Source: a virus
Reading direction: 5' to 3' (one strand)
Length of the DNA: 64,000 bases
Virus record (IMG/VR): IMGVR_UViG_3300031548_000002
Location: 1-64,000 of that record
Part shown: piece after piece, positions 46,152-55,187 of the stretch
How the letters are laid out: the number at the start of each line of letters is the position of its first letter
How positions within the stretch are numbered: the first letter of the stretch is position 1
Notes under the pieces: model-generated
The model's database searches: none
What the model was told of the DNA's origin: nothing
Seen by the model: only the letters and a program-made list of their open reading frames with translations
Translations under genes and position numbers: made by a program

Positions 46152-49100
46152 TGGCCAACGGCGAAAAGCTCACGCCGCTGACGGACCCGAGCAACGTCCA
46201 GTGGGTCATCGAGCGCCCGGGTGATGCTGCCGCGACGACGGCTGCGGTCACGCCGCGCCCGAAGATGGCCGCATACTCCGCGCTGGTTGCGGCGACCGCG
46301 GTCAGCCTCAAGAAGAAGTTCGACGAGTCCAAGGTCAAGCGTGGGCCCGGTGGCAAGTTCGCGAAGAAGGCTGGCGGGGGATCGTCGGCGCCCGCGCCCG
46401 CAAAGAAGACCTCCGCGGCGCCGATCGCGTCCGGTAAGAAGATCACCAACAAGGTCATCTACGGGAAGCACGCCAACGGCTCGATCATCCAGTCCACCGA
46501 CGGCCAGCACCGCATGGTCTACAATGCGGCGGGCAACAACTGGACGGTCCAGCGGCGCACGTCCGACGGCGGCTGGGAGGTCGTCGAGGTCCTCGGCAAG
46601 GGCGCCGCGTATAAGAAGGCGAACGCGCTCAGCTCTTCGTGGGGTGAGCTGCGCGCGGACGATGATGAGGAGCCTGACGTCGCGACCGCGGCGACTGTGG
46701 ATGCGGATGCCGGTGACGCCCCTGACGCAGGCACGACAACGAGTAATGCCTCCGCGGGACACGGCGCATTCGCGGACGGCTGGAACGACCTGTCGGCGTC
46801 ACCACTGTCGGCGTATCAGATGGCGAGTCTGCACATCGAGTCGGCATTCTCCAATGAAGATGCTCTGAATGCGGGTCTCGCCGCGCAGCACGTCGCCAAT
46901 TTGGCGAACAAGTACGGCGTCACGCCTGAGCAGGCGCTGGCCATCATCGACCATGAACGCGGCGACAGCGTGTACTCGGATCGCGTTCGCGCTCACCTCG
47001 CGGGCCAGCCATTTCCGCCGTCCACCCTGACCGTACCTCCGGGAACGCCGTTGGGCTCGGCGAAGAAAATCGCCGCGAAGAAGACTGCGGCGAAGAAGGT
47101 GGCGCCGCCCGCGGTCGCGCCGTCGCCGGCACCGGCGAAAAAGGCCGCTAAGAAGATTGCGTACACAAATCCCATGGCGTCCGCACTCGCGGGCGAGGAT
47201 GTGCCTCTCGCGCAGCTGGAGGCGCAGCAGGCCGCATCACAACAGATTCGAGATGCTCTTCACAACTACAACAATGCATTGGCGGATCCCTCACTGACCG
47301 TCACGGACACGAGTAGCTACGCGTCCATCTTGTCGATTCTTAAGAAGCAGTATAAGAATAAGTACGGTGTGGCGTGGTCGCCGTCACATCACGCTGCGGT
47401 CGTCGGGACGTACCAGAAGCAGCTCGCTAAGAGTGGACCCGCCGTAGCTCCAACGTCGGAACCGGCGACGCCCGCTCCGACGAAGAAGCCCGCGAAGTCG
47501 AAGACGTTCGCGAAGGGTGACTCGGTGATCGGACCGACCGGCGCGACGGGCGAGGTCGTCGCCGTTGCGGAGACCACCGGCACGAAGATCAAAATGTCGA
47601 AGGTGCAGTTTCCCGACGGTCAGGTGGGCTGGTTCAAGAACGACGAGCTCTCTGACGCCACGACGGCGTCCAGTCCCGCCGCGGCGGATCGCCTGGACGG
47701 CGCGCAGAAGGGCGTCATTCCGGGAGCTTACGTCTACACGCCAGGAGGTGACATCGCGACCGTCGTAGGCCAGGGGCCGCCTAACGCGTATGGTGATCCG
47801 CAGGTCACGTTCCAGACGGTGAGTGGATCAACGGGCACACTCGCCGCCGGGGACTTGCGACCACTTACGCAGTTTCAGATCGACTCGCTGACCAACGCGC
47901 CCGTCGACGGCGCGTACGTCAGCACTCCCATGGGTGACGGTTACGTCGTAGGTGCACCGTTCGCCAACGCGATCGGTAATCCATCGATCACCGTTGACGT
48001 CAACGGAACGCCCACGAAGTTCAACGTCAACGACGTGACGCCCGCGACGGCACCAACGCCTGCGCCCGCGGCTCCGGTGATCACGCCCGCGACGCCCGCC
48101 GCAGCTCCGGCACTGTCGTACGACGCCGACGGCGTTCCGATTCTTGACGACGCGCAGCAGGCAATGCTCCAGAGTCACTTCAAGGATGCGGGCGTCAACT
48201 GGTACAGCGACACAACGTCGATCTTTGACGCCGCGTACGCCGCGTCCCAGGCGACGGGCATGTCCATGGAGGATGTGCTCAAGTACGCCGATGCGAACTA
48301 CCACAGCTCGGCGAAGTTTGGCGGCAAGCCGTTTCAGGCCAAGGTTGAGAAGTGGGCGAAGTCTTCTAAGGGCAAGGCTCACGTTCAGGCGACGCTGGGC
48401 ACCGCGCCGACCGGGGCGACGCCGACGTCGCTGGTGCCGGTTCGCACACCACCCGTTCCGACGCCGCAGCCGCCGCCCGCGCCCGCGAACATCACCGCGA
48501 CCAACTACGGTTCGACGAGTCAGCCTCACGGTGACTTCTTTCCACTTTCCAGCGGTTACACCACGTTGGATCCCGATGAAGCGCTCGAGCTGCAGCGTGA
48601 GATGGAAGCACAATCGGGTGCACTTGATCCGCGGGAAAGTAGCGCACTCACATACTATACCAGCGAGTCTTACCGTGAAATGAACAACTGCTTGCGGCGT
48701 GGTGAAGACTGTAACGCGGGTGTGATGTATCATAACGGCACGCGCTACACGTCGTACCAGACCAGCGAGTACGCGACGCAGGGAATGCGACCACTTACGC
48801 AGAACGTCACCCTGTACCGCGGCACGAACATCGAGTTCGCGCCGGACCTCAACCTGACGAGCGCGCACGACCTCGAGAATCACGTCGGATACATGGCACA
48901 GGACTTCGCTTTTTCCAGCGCATCGGTGAACCCTACCACCGCGCACAGCTGGGGTGCGGGCCAGTACAACGCGGTGATCATGCAGATCGAGGTACCCGCC
49001 GGCTACCCCGCCACGTACGTCGACCACATTTCCGATAACCCGGGCGAGTATGAAATGGTGCTGCCGCCGGGAACGCGCTACCGCATTGTGGAAGTTAAGC

Positions 49101-49153
49101 CGTCGCGCAGCATTTCGGACGGCGTCATTGTTCGAGTGGAGGTCATTCCGTGA
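46151..49153 (+). CDS. multidomain protein with C-terminal ADP-ribosyltransferase (ART2)
   Basis: LYRG, FSSAS, EYEMVLPPG; YREMNNCLR. Confidence 0.88.
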   Translation: MANGEKLTPLTDPSNVQWVIERPGDAAATTAAVTPRPKMAAYSALVAATAVSLKKKFDESKVKRGPGGKFAKKAGGGSSAPAPAKKTSAAPIASGKKITNKVIYGKHANGSIIQSTDGQHRMVYNAAGNNWTVQRRTSDGGWEVVEVLGKGAAYKKANALSSSWGELRADDDEEPDVATAATVDADAGDAPDAGTTTSNASAGHGAFADGWNDLSASPLSAYQMASLHIESAFSNEDALNAGLAAQHVANLANKYGVTPEQALAIIDHERGDSVYSDRVRAHLAGQPFPPSTLTVPPGTPLGSAKKIAAKKTAAKKVAPPAVAPSPAPAKKAAKKIAYTNPMASALAGEDVPLAQLEAQQAASQQIRDALHNYNNALADPSLTVTDTSSYASILSILKKQYKNKYGVAWSPSHHAAVVGTYQKQLAKSGPAVAPTSEPATPAPTKKPAKSKTFAKGDSVIGPTGATGEVVAVAETTGTKIKMSKVQFPDGQVGWFKNDELSDATTASSPAAADRLDGAQKGVIPGAYVYTPGGDIATVVGQGPPNAYGDPQVTFQTVSGSTGTLAAGDLRPLTQFQIDSLTNAPVDGAYVSTPMGDGYVVGAPFANAIGNPSITVDVNGTPTKFNVNDVTPATAPTPAPAAPVITPATPAAAPALSYDADGVPILDDAQQAMLQSHFKDAGVNWYSDTTSIFDAAYAASQATGMSMEDVLKYADANYHSSAKFGGKPFQAKVEKWAKSSKGKAHVQATLGTAPTGATPTSLVPVRTPPVPTPQPPPAPANITATNYGSTSQPHGDFFPLSSGYTTLDPDEALELQREMEAQSGALDPRESSALTYYTSESYREMNNCLRRGEDCNAGVMYHNGTRYTSYQTSEYATQGMRPLTQNVTLYRGTNIEFAPDLNLTSAHDLENHVGYMAQDFAFSSASVNPTTAHSWGAGQYNAVIMQIEVPAGYPATYVDHISDNPGEYEMVLPPGTRYRIVEVKPSRSISDGVIVRVEVIP

Positions 49154-49599
49154 CGACACCTGCAAGCGGTGAGGTAGAAGAGCGTGGCCCGACGGTAAGC
49201 TCACTGGTGGACCCCACGTCCGTGGAGTGGGTGTCACTGGTGCCCGTCTCCGAAGAGAATCCGTTCGATGAGGGTGAGCTGGATGAGGACGGCCTGACCG
49301 AGTCCGAGTTCGACATGATCTTTCGGCGACCCGCGGCGAGCGTTCCGATCAACCTCATCGCCGCAGTGGACGTCACAGAGAGTCCGCGCGAAGAGCTGCA
49401 GTCAGGCATGCCACGGCAGCTGAAGGACTACTGGCTGCGCGGCGAGGGCGCGGCGCAGATTCGGTGGGGCACCAAGGGTTCGTTCACCCGCTGCGTCCGC
49501 GAGCTGCGCGAGCACTTCCCCACGGGGACCGAGGGCCTGTGCGCGAACCTCTACCACGAGGCAACGGGGCACTGGCCCGGTGAGGATCGTGACAAGTAG
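49150..49599 (+). CDS. head-module protein: acidic N-terminal peptide plus YW...IRWGT...C...GLCA domain
   Basis: GTGA coupling to ART2; LVDP peptide; LIAA site. Confidence 0.75.
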   Translation: MTTPASGEVEERGPTVSSLVDPTSVEWVSLVPVSEENPFDEGELDEDGLTESEFDMIFRRPAASVPINLIAAVDVTESPREELQSGMPRQLKDYWLRGEGAAQIRWGTKGSFTRCVRELREHFPTGTEGLCANLYHEATGHWPGEDRDK

Positions 49600-50948
49600 T
49601 GGAGACGCTCGCACCGCGTAGACGCTTCGATGAGTCGAAGGTCAAGCGCAACAAGGGACGCTTCGCGAGGAAGGCGGTGGGCGCGCTCTTTCGCCCGCCG
49701 CCCGCGCTGGTGCGCGGCACTCCGGAGGCCAACGTCTTTCGACGTCACAACGACGGCGACGTCACGCACGTGTCGGACGACGGCAGCCAGCGGATGGTCT
49801 ACGATGAGGTCACCGACCAGTTCGATCAGCAAGTGCGTCAGCCCGACGGCTCGTGGCAGTCGATCGGTAAGCGTGGTAAGCTTCAGGCGTACCTACTAAC
49901 AAAGCTCGGCTGGCGCGCAGGTGAACAGGAAGATCAGGACGCACCCGCGCTGGCCGTTGACGCGGTGGACGTCGATTCGCCGGACGTTAGTGCACCGGAT
50001 GCGAGTGCATCAGCGACACACTCTTCCATTGCGACGCCCGCGGACGACATCAGTGCACTGACGCCCGAGCAGATCCGTAACGCGTACAACGCGGTCAACG
50101 CCGCGGGCAGCGTGCTCAGCGACCCGTACACACCGCCGGAAGATCTCGCGCAAGTGGCGTCGAACGTCGCTGACGAGCAGTCGCTGACGCCGCTGCAGGT
50201 GCTGCGCGCCGTCGACGCGCACGAGGCATCTCTCTACGGTGATCCCAACACGAATCGCATTGAGAATCGCGTCGTTCAGCACCTAGCGGGTGCGGACTTT
50301 CCCGCACCGGGTGGTCCACTTACGACGGACGGGCCCGCACCGGCACCACTTCCCGCGACCGTGGTCGCGCTACCGCACCAAGATACCGCGCCATTTCCGA
50401 TAAGTGACGACTTCCCCACGCGAACCGACACTGATATGGCGCGCATTCAACGTGAGATGGAAGCGCAGAGCGGCGCGCGAACTCCCGCGGAGATCGCGGC
50501 GATTCGCGACTACTCCGTCACGGCGTACCAGGGCATGAATGAGTGCCTACGAACGGGAAGTGGCTGCGATCCCAATGTGATTGATCGCAATAATGAGCTT
50601 GAAAGTGCGATGCGTCCCATCACCGAACCGGTGACCGTCTTCCGACGCATGATGCTGGATAACCTACCAGGTGTGACGTCGGCCGCTGACCTGCAGTCGC
50701 TGGTCGGCTCAGACATCACAGACGCCGGGTTTACCAGTACGTCGCTGGACCCCGCGCAGACTCAATTGTTCGGCAACGTGCGACTTCAGATCGCGGTGCC
50801 TACCGGAACGAGGGCCACCGTTCCGGGCGCACACAGCGTACACTCTGGCGAGCAGGAGGTCATCTTGGCGCCCGGAACGCGTTATCGCGTCATCGACGTT
50901 GACACCTCGGGCACAACGCCCGCTGTGCAACTGGAGGTAGTGCTGTGA
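49599..50948 (+). CDS. ADP-ribosyltransferase (ART3)
   Basis: VFRR, GFTSTS, EQEVILAPG; YQGMNECLR. Confidence 0.88.
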   Translation: METLAPRRRFDESKVKRNKGRFARKAVGALFRPPPALVRGTPEANVFRRHNDGDVTHVSDDGSQRMVYDEVTDQFDQQVRQPDGSWQSIGKRGKLQAYLLTKLGWRAGEQEDQDAPALAVDAVDVDSPDVSAPDASASATHSSIATPADDISALTPEQIRNAYNAVNAAGSVLSDPYTPPEDLAQVASNVADEQSLTPLQVLRAVDAHEASLYGDPNTNRIENRVVQHLAGADFPAPGGPLTTDGPAPAPLPATVVALPHQDTAPFPISDDFPTRTDTDMARIQREMEAQSGARTPAEIAAIRDYSVTAYQGMNECLRTGSGCDPNVIDRNNELESAMRPITEPVTVFRRMMLDNLPGVTSAADLQSLVGSDITDAGFTSTSLDPAQTQLFGNVRLQIAVPTGTRATVPGAHSVHSGEQEVILAPGTRYRVIDVDTSGTTPAVQLEVVL

Positions 50949-53164
50949 CCACGCCCATCGATGTGAACACTAGTGAGTTCACGCCACTCACTGACCCGAA
51001 CAATGCAGTGATGACGATTATCCCCACCGAAGATGAGGTCATTGAGGAGATCACCGAAGATGAGCTCGCCGCAGTTGGTGACACCTTCACCAGTGGCATG
51101 ATCGCTCTCATTCCTACTGCTGCCAATGCTGAACGTCTCTACGCGGGCGAAGATGATTTTGGCGAGTTGCCTGAGGACTTGCACACCACGGTGATCTACT
51201 TGGGCGACATCACAAGTATGGACGAGCGAACGTTTAGCACGATCGTGGACGAGCTCGTGAACATCGCCGATGAGGAGCTTGGGCCGGTCGTCGCGGAGGG
51301 GTTCAATGTCGCGCTCTTCAACCCACACACTGACGAGCGTGACACATGTGTGACGCTGGGTCTGAGCGGATCAACGCTTCACCTGCTCTGTAAGAAGATC
51401 CGCGACCGGATCATTAAGAAGATCGCCGGTGAGAGTTATCAGATTCCCGAGCAGCACGAGCCGTGGATTCCGCACGTGACGCTCGCGTACACCGAGGACT
51501 ACTCCACGGTGGAGCGCCTGGCAGACCGCACCGGCGACATCACATTTGATCGTGTGCGCTTGGCCCTGGGTGATGATGTCTACGACTTCGATCTCAGAGA
51601 CACGTTCAAGCCAGTGGATCTAGCTGACGTTGAGGACGACGCGGACTACGAAGAACTTAGCGACGGCGAACTCTTTGGTGAGCTCTTCGCGGGCGCGGCA
51701 GTGTCGGAGATCGACCGAGACTCCACGATGGAATATAATGATCGCGAAGGTGAGGTGATGAACGTGACCGACACGGTCGAAGAGGCCGCCGAGGTGGAGG
51801 TCTCCGAGTCCGAGCCCGGCGCGTGGTCCGGCGTCCTGATCGTCGAGGGCGTTGAGTCGGGCGACGGTCGCATGTTCGCGGAGGGCTCGCTCAAGTCCGC
51901 GCCACTGCCGCTGCCGCTGATGTGGCAGAAGCAGACCGCCACGGGGCACGAGACCGCCGTGCAGGCGGGTCGCATCGATGAGGTGTGGCGCGAGGGCAAC
52001 CAGATCTGGGGACGCGGAGTCTTCGACCTGGAGGGCGACGACGGCTACGAGGCGTACCGGCAGGTGGCGCAGGGCTTCCTGCGCGGCGTGTCCGGCGACG
52101 TCGACTCGGTGAAGGACTCTGACGTCGAGCTCGTCTTCCCGAAGTCCGGCGGTGCGGAGAGTGCGGAGGGAGCCGACGGCTTCGGCGACCTCTTCGCGGC
52201 GCCCGAGCTGACGATCTTTCACCGTGGCCGGCTGCGCGGCGCGACGCTCGTGCAGTTTCCCGCCTTCGTGGAGGCGTCCATCGCATTGGACGGTCAGACG
52301 CTCGACACGGACGAGACCGCGATCGAGGAGGGCCCGCACTCAGAGTTCGCCGATGACGACGCGACCGAGCTTGCGATCGAGAGCGCCGGTGAGTCGGTGG
52401 ACGCTGAGGACGAGGAGGAGATCGGTCACCTCGCTCGGCGCGCCGAGCTGACCGCCTGCGGCTGCACCGATGAGGCGCCGCCGACCGACTGGTTCGAGGA
52501 CCCGAAGCTGTCCGGACCGACGCCGCTCACCGTCACGGAGGACGGTCGGATCTTCGGCCACGCCGCCGTCTGGGGAACCTGCCACACCGGCTTCTCCGGC
52601 ACGTGCGTGACGCCGCCGCGCGAGCGACTCCACGAGTACTTCCTACTGGGCGAGACGCTCACCGCGGACGGATCCACCGTTGCCACGGGCTCCATCACAC
52701 TGGGAACGGGTCACGCGGCGACCGGCGGCAAGCTCACCGCACTGCAGGCGATCGATCACTACGACCACACCGGCACCGTCGTGGCGGACGTCGCGACGGG
52801 TGAGGATAAGCACGGCCTCTGGTTCTCCGGCGCGCTGCGGCCGAAGCTGTCGCCGTATAAGCTGCGCGCACTCCGCGCCGCGAAGCTGTCCGGCGACTGG
52901 CGCCGCTTCGGCAATGGGCTGCGCCTCATCGCGCTGCTGGCGGTCAACGTGCCGGGCTTCCCGGTGCCGCGCGTCAAGGCCGGCGCGCGCCGTGGGGTTC
53001 AGACGTCGCTGGTGGCCGCGGGCGTCAACCCGTACGGCCCGGGCGACCAGCAGAGCGCGGTCGAGCAGGAGGCGCTGCAGGCCATCGTGGCGAGCCTGAA
53101 GCAGCGCATCGGACGCGACGACAAGTCGCGGCTGGATGAGATCCGCAAGCGGATTGGGAGGTAG
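50945..53164 (+). CDS. 2H phosphoesterase fused to capsid maturation protease
   Basis: HxT motifs LHTTV and PHVTL; ESGDGR, PLPLMW, GH, GVSGD, PAF; C-terminal GHAAVW...LSGDWR...VNVPGF. Confidence 0.82.
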   Translation: MTTPIDVNTSEFTPLTDPNNAVMTIIPTEDEVIEEITEDELAAVGDTFTSGMIALIPTAANAERLYAGEDDFGELPEDLHTTVIYLGDITSMDERTFSTIVDELVNIADEELGPVVAEGFNVALFNPHTDERDTCVTLGLSGSTLHLLCKKIRDRIIKKIAGESYQIPEQHEPWIPHVTLAYTEDYSTVERLADRTGDITFDRVRLALGDDVYDFDLRDTFKPVDLADVEDDADYEELSDGELFGELFAGAAVSEIDRDSTMEYNDREGEVMNVTDTVEEAAEVEVSESEPGAWSGVLIVEGVESGDGRMFAEGSLKSAPLPLPLMWQKQTATGHETAVQAGRIDEVWREGNQIWGRGVFDLEGDDGYEAYRQVAQGFLRGVSGDVDSVKDSDVELVFPKSGGAESAEGADGFGDLFAAPELTIFHRGRLRGATLVQFPAFVEASIALDGQTLDTDETAIEEGPHSEFADDDATELAIESAGESVDAEDEEEIGHLARRAELTACGCTDEAPPTDWFEDPKLSGPTPLTVTEDGRIFGHAAVWGTCHTGFSGTCVTPPRERLHEYFLLGETLTADGSTVATGSITLGTGHAATGGKLTALQAIDHYDHTGTVVADVATGEDKHGLWFSGALRPKLSPYKLRALRAAKLSGDWRRFGNGLRLIALLAVNVPGFPVPRVKAGARRGVQTSLVAAGVNPYGPGDQQSAVEQEALQAIVASLKQRIGRDDKSRLDEIRKRIGR

Positions 53165-53166
53165 TC

Positions 53167-53340
53167 GTGGGATGTGGATGTGGACGACGGCGCACGACCG
53201 CCGTGACGTCTGTGAATGAGGCCGAGCTGGCGCTTCAGAAGGAGCAGGAGAAGGAGTCGCTCGCTCGCGACCTGGCATCGCTGCGCGCGGCGGTCTACAA
53301 CTCGCAGTCCGATGTGGTGGAGTCCGCCGGCCAGCAGTGA
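53167..53340 (+). CDS. small MGCGC protein of the head module
   Basis: GGAGG RBS; MGCGCGRRR... Confidence 0.6.
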   Translation: MGCGCGRRRTTAVTSVNEAELALQKEQEKESLARDLASLRAAVYNSQSDVVESAGQQ

Positions 53341-53423
53341 CTACTTCACGGTGATTTGCCGAGATCAACACCGTGGTGTACAATGCGCGTAAGGTTCATC
53401 AACGTGAAGCAAGAGGAAGCCGC

Positions 53424-55142
53424 ATGAATGGGTATCAGGGTCTGCCGGAGGACCTCTCCGCGCTGAGCGATGATGAGCTTCGCGCGCTGGAGGAGGCTGC
53501 GGTCGCGGCCTTCGACGAGGCCGCCGACCCGGAGAACGACGTCTCGGCCGAGGTAGTCGCGCAGGCCGCGCAGCTCGCCGACGACATCGACGCCATCCGC
53601 GCCGAGATCGCCTCGCGCGAAGAGATGGCACTGCAGCACGCCGCCGACCGTGAGGCGCTGCAGTCGCGCGTGCACGGCCGGGGCGAGGCACCGACCGAGG
53701 CCGCCGAGGAGACCACGCAGGAACTGGCCACGGAGCTCGCCGTGGAGGAAGGCGAGGAAGTGGACGAAGACGAAGTCGTCGCGGGTGGGCAGCACTACAG
53801 CCCGGCGCGGACGACGCCCCGCAACGCGACCGGGAAGCGCAAGCTCAACGTCTCGCTGTCGGCGATCCAGGCGCGCGCGCCGAAGGTTGAGGTTCCCAAC
53901 ACCCCGTTGCGTTCGACGCTGGTCGCGTCCGCGGACATCCCGGGTTACGCCCAGGGCTCCCGGCTCGACTCGATGTACGACCTGGTTTCTGCGGCGCACA
54001 ACCGTGTGCGCACCGTCGGCACCACGACGCGCGGTGATGACGCCCCGCGGTACACCGTCGCGTCGATGAACCGCAGCTTCAAGTACACGCTCGACCGGCA
54101 GGCCACACCGCAGCAGATCTCCGAGGTCCTGACCGCCGCGACCAACGTCAGCGAGCTCGTCGCCGCCGGCGGCTGGTGCGCCCCGTCCGAGATCTCGTAC
54201 GACCTCTTCAACATCGTCTGCGAAGACGGCATGCTGGACCTGCCGACCGTGGGCATCAACCGCGGTGGCATCCGCTTCCCGATCTCCCCGGACTTCTCCA
54301 GCCTCTCGGGCAACCCGGCCCTCTGGACCTGGACCGAGACGCAGGACATCGCCGCCGTCACCGGCACTGACCAGTCGGGCGTCAAGACCTGCGGTCGCGT
54401 CCCGTGCGCGACGTTCTCTGAGGAGCGCCTCGCGTGCGACGGCGTTTGCCTCACCGTCGGCAACCTCATGGACGACGCGTACCCGGAGCTCATTGCGAAC
54501 CACATGAAGCTCCTGATGGCCTTCCACGCGCACAAGATGAACTTGTCGCGCATCAATAAGCTGGTGGCCGCGTCCGTCGCGGTGTCCGGCACGGTGGGCA
54601 TGGGCGCCGTCGGCGAGTCCGTCATCAACAACGTCCTCGGGGCGCTGGAGCTGCAGGCTCGCGACTACCGCGAGAAGTTCGCGATGTGCGAGGATGCCGT
54701 CCTCGAGGTCGTGCTGCCGCGCTGGATCCTCGACATGATGCGGTCGGACATCCGTCGCCGCACCGGCGTCGAGCTGCTCTCGGTCGCGGACTCGTACATC
54801 GAGGGGCTCTTCGATGCCCTCGACATCCGCATCCAGTTCGTCGGCGACTGGCAGGTGCGCACCACGGGCTTCCCGGGCGGTACCGGAACGCTGCTGGCCT
54901 GGCCGACGCAGGTGCAGGCGCTGATGTTCGCGCCGGGCACCTTCGTTCTCGGCGAGGGTCTCACGCTGGACCTCGGCGTCATCCGCGACTCGGTGCTCAA
55001 CCAGACGAACGACTACACCGCGGCGTGGATGGAAGAGTGCTGGCTGATCGCCAAGCTCGGTCACGAGTCCCGTCTTCTCACGATCAACGTCTGCGCCAAC
55101 GGCCGGACCGGTGCCGCCGACATCACCGCCTGCGGTCTCTGA
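53424..55142 (+). CDS. major capsid protein with N-terminal scaffold-like coiled coil
   Basis: acidic helical N-terminus; LVAAGGWCAPSE, RGGIRF, DLGVIRDS..NQTND. Confidence 0.85.
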   Translation: MNGYQGLPEDLSALSDDELRALEEAAVAAFDEAADPENDVSAEVVAQAAQLADDIDAIRAEIASREEMALQHAADREALQSRVHGRGEAPTEAAEETTQELATELAVEEGEEVDEDEVVAGGQHYSPARTTPRNATGKRKLNVSLSAIQARAPKVEVPNTPLRSTLVASADIPGYAQGSRLDSMYDLVSAAHNRVRTVGTTTRGDDAPRYTVASMNRSFKYTLDRQATPQQISEVLTAATNVSELVAAGGWCAPSEISYDLFNIVCEDGMLDLPTVGINRGGIRFPISPDFSSLSGNPALWTWTETQDIAAVTGTDQSGVKTCGRVPCATFSEERLACDGVCLTVGNLMDDAYPELIANHMKLLMAFHAHKMNLSRINKLVAASVAVSGTVGMGAVGESVINNVLGALELQARDYREKFAMCEDAVLEVVLPRWILDMMRSDIRRRTGVELLSVADSYIEGLFDALDIRIQFVGDWQVRTTGFPGGTGTLLAWPTQVQALMFAPGTFVLGEGLTLDLGVIRDSVLNQTNDYTAAWMEECWLIAKLGHESRLLTINVCANGRTGAADITACGL

Positions 55143-55187
55143 CCGGAGCGGATCGAAGTCAACGGTGAGCAGCGTGAGGGAGGGTAA

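Noticed and set aside
45590-50948. Diversity-generating retroelement explaining the similar ART C-termini
   Set aside because: No reverse transcriptase, and the copies are too divergent for a template/variable repeat pair.
45590-50948. DNA-targeting (DarT/pierisin-like) ART assignment
   Set aside because: All three have ExE, typical of arginine-specific protein ARTs, rather than QxE or DarT-type motifs.
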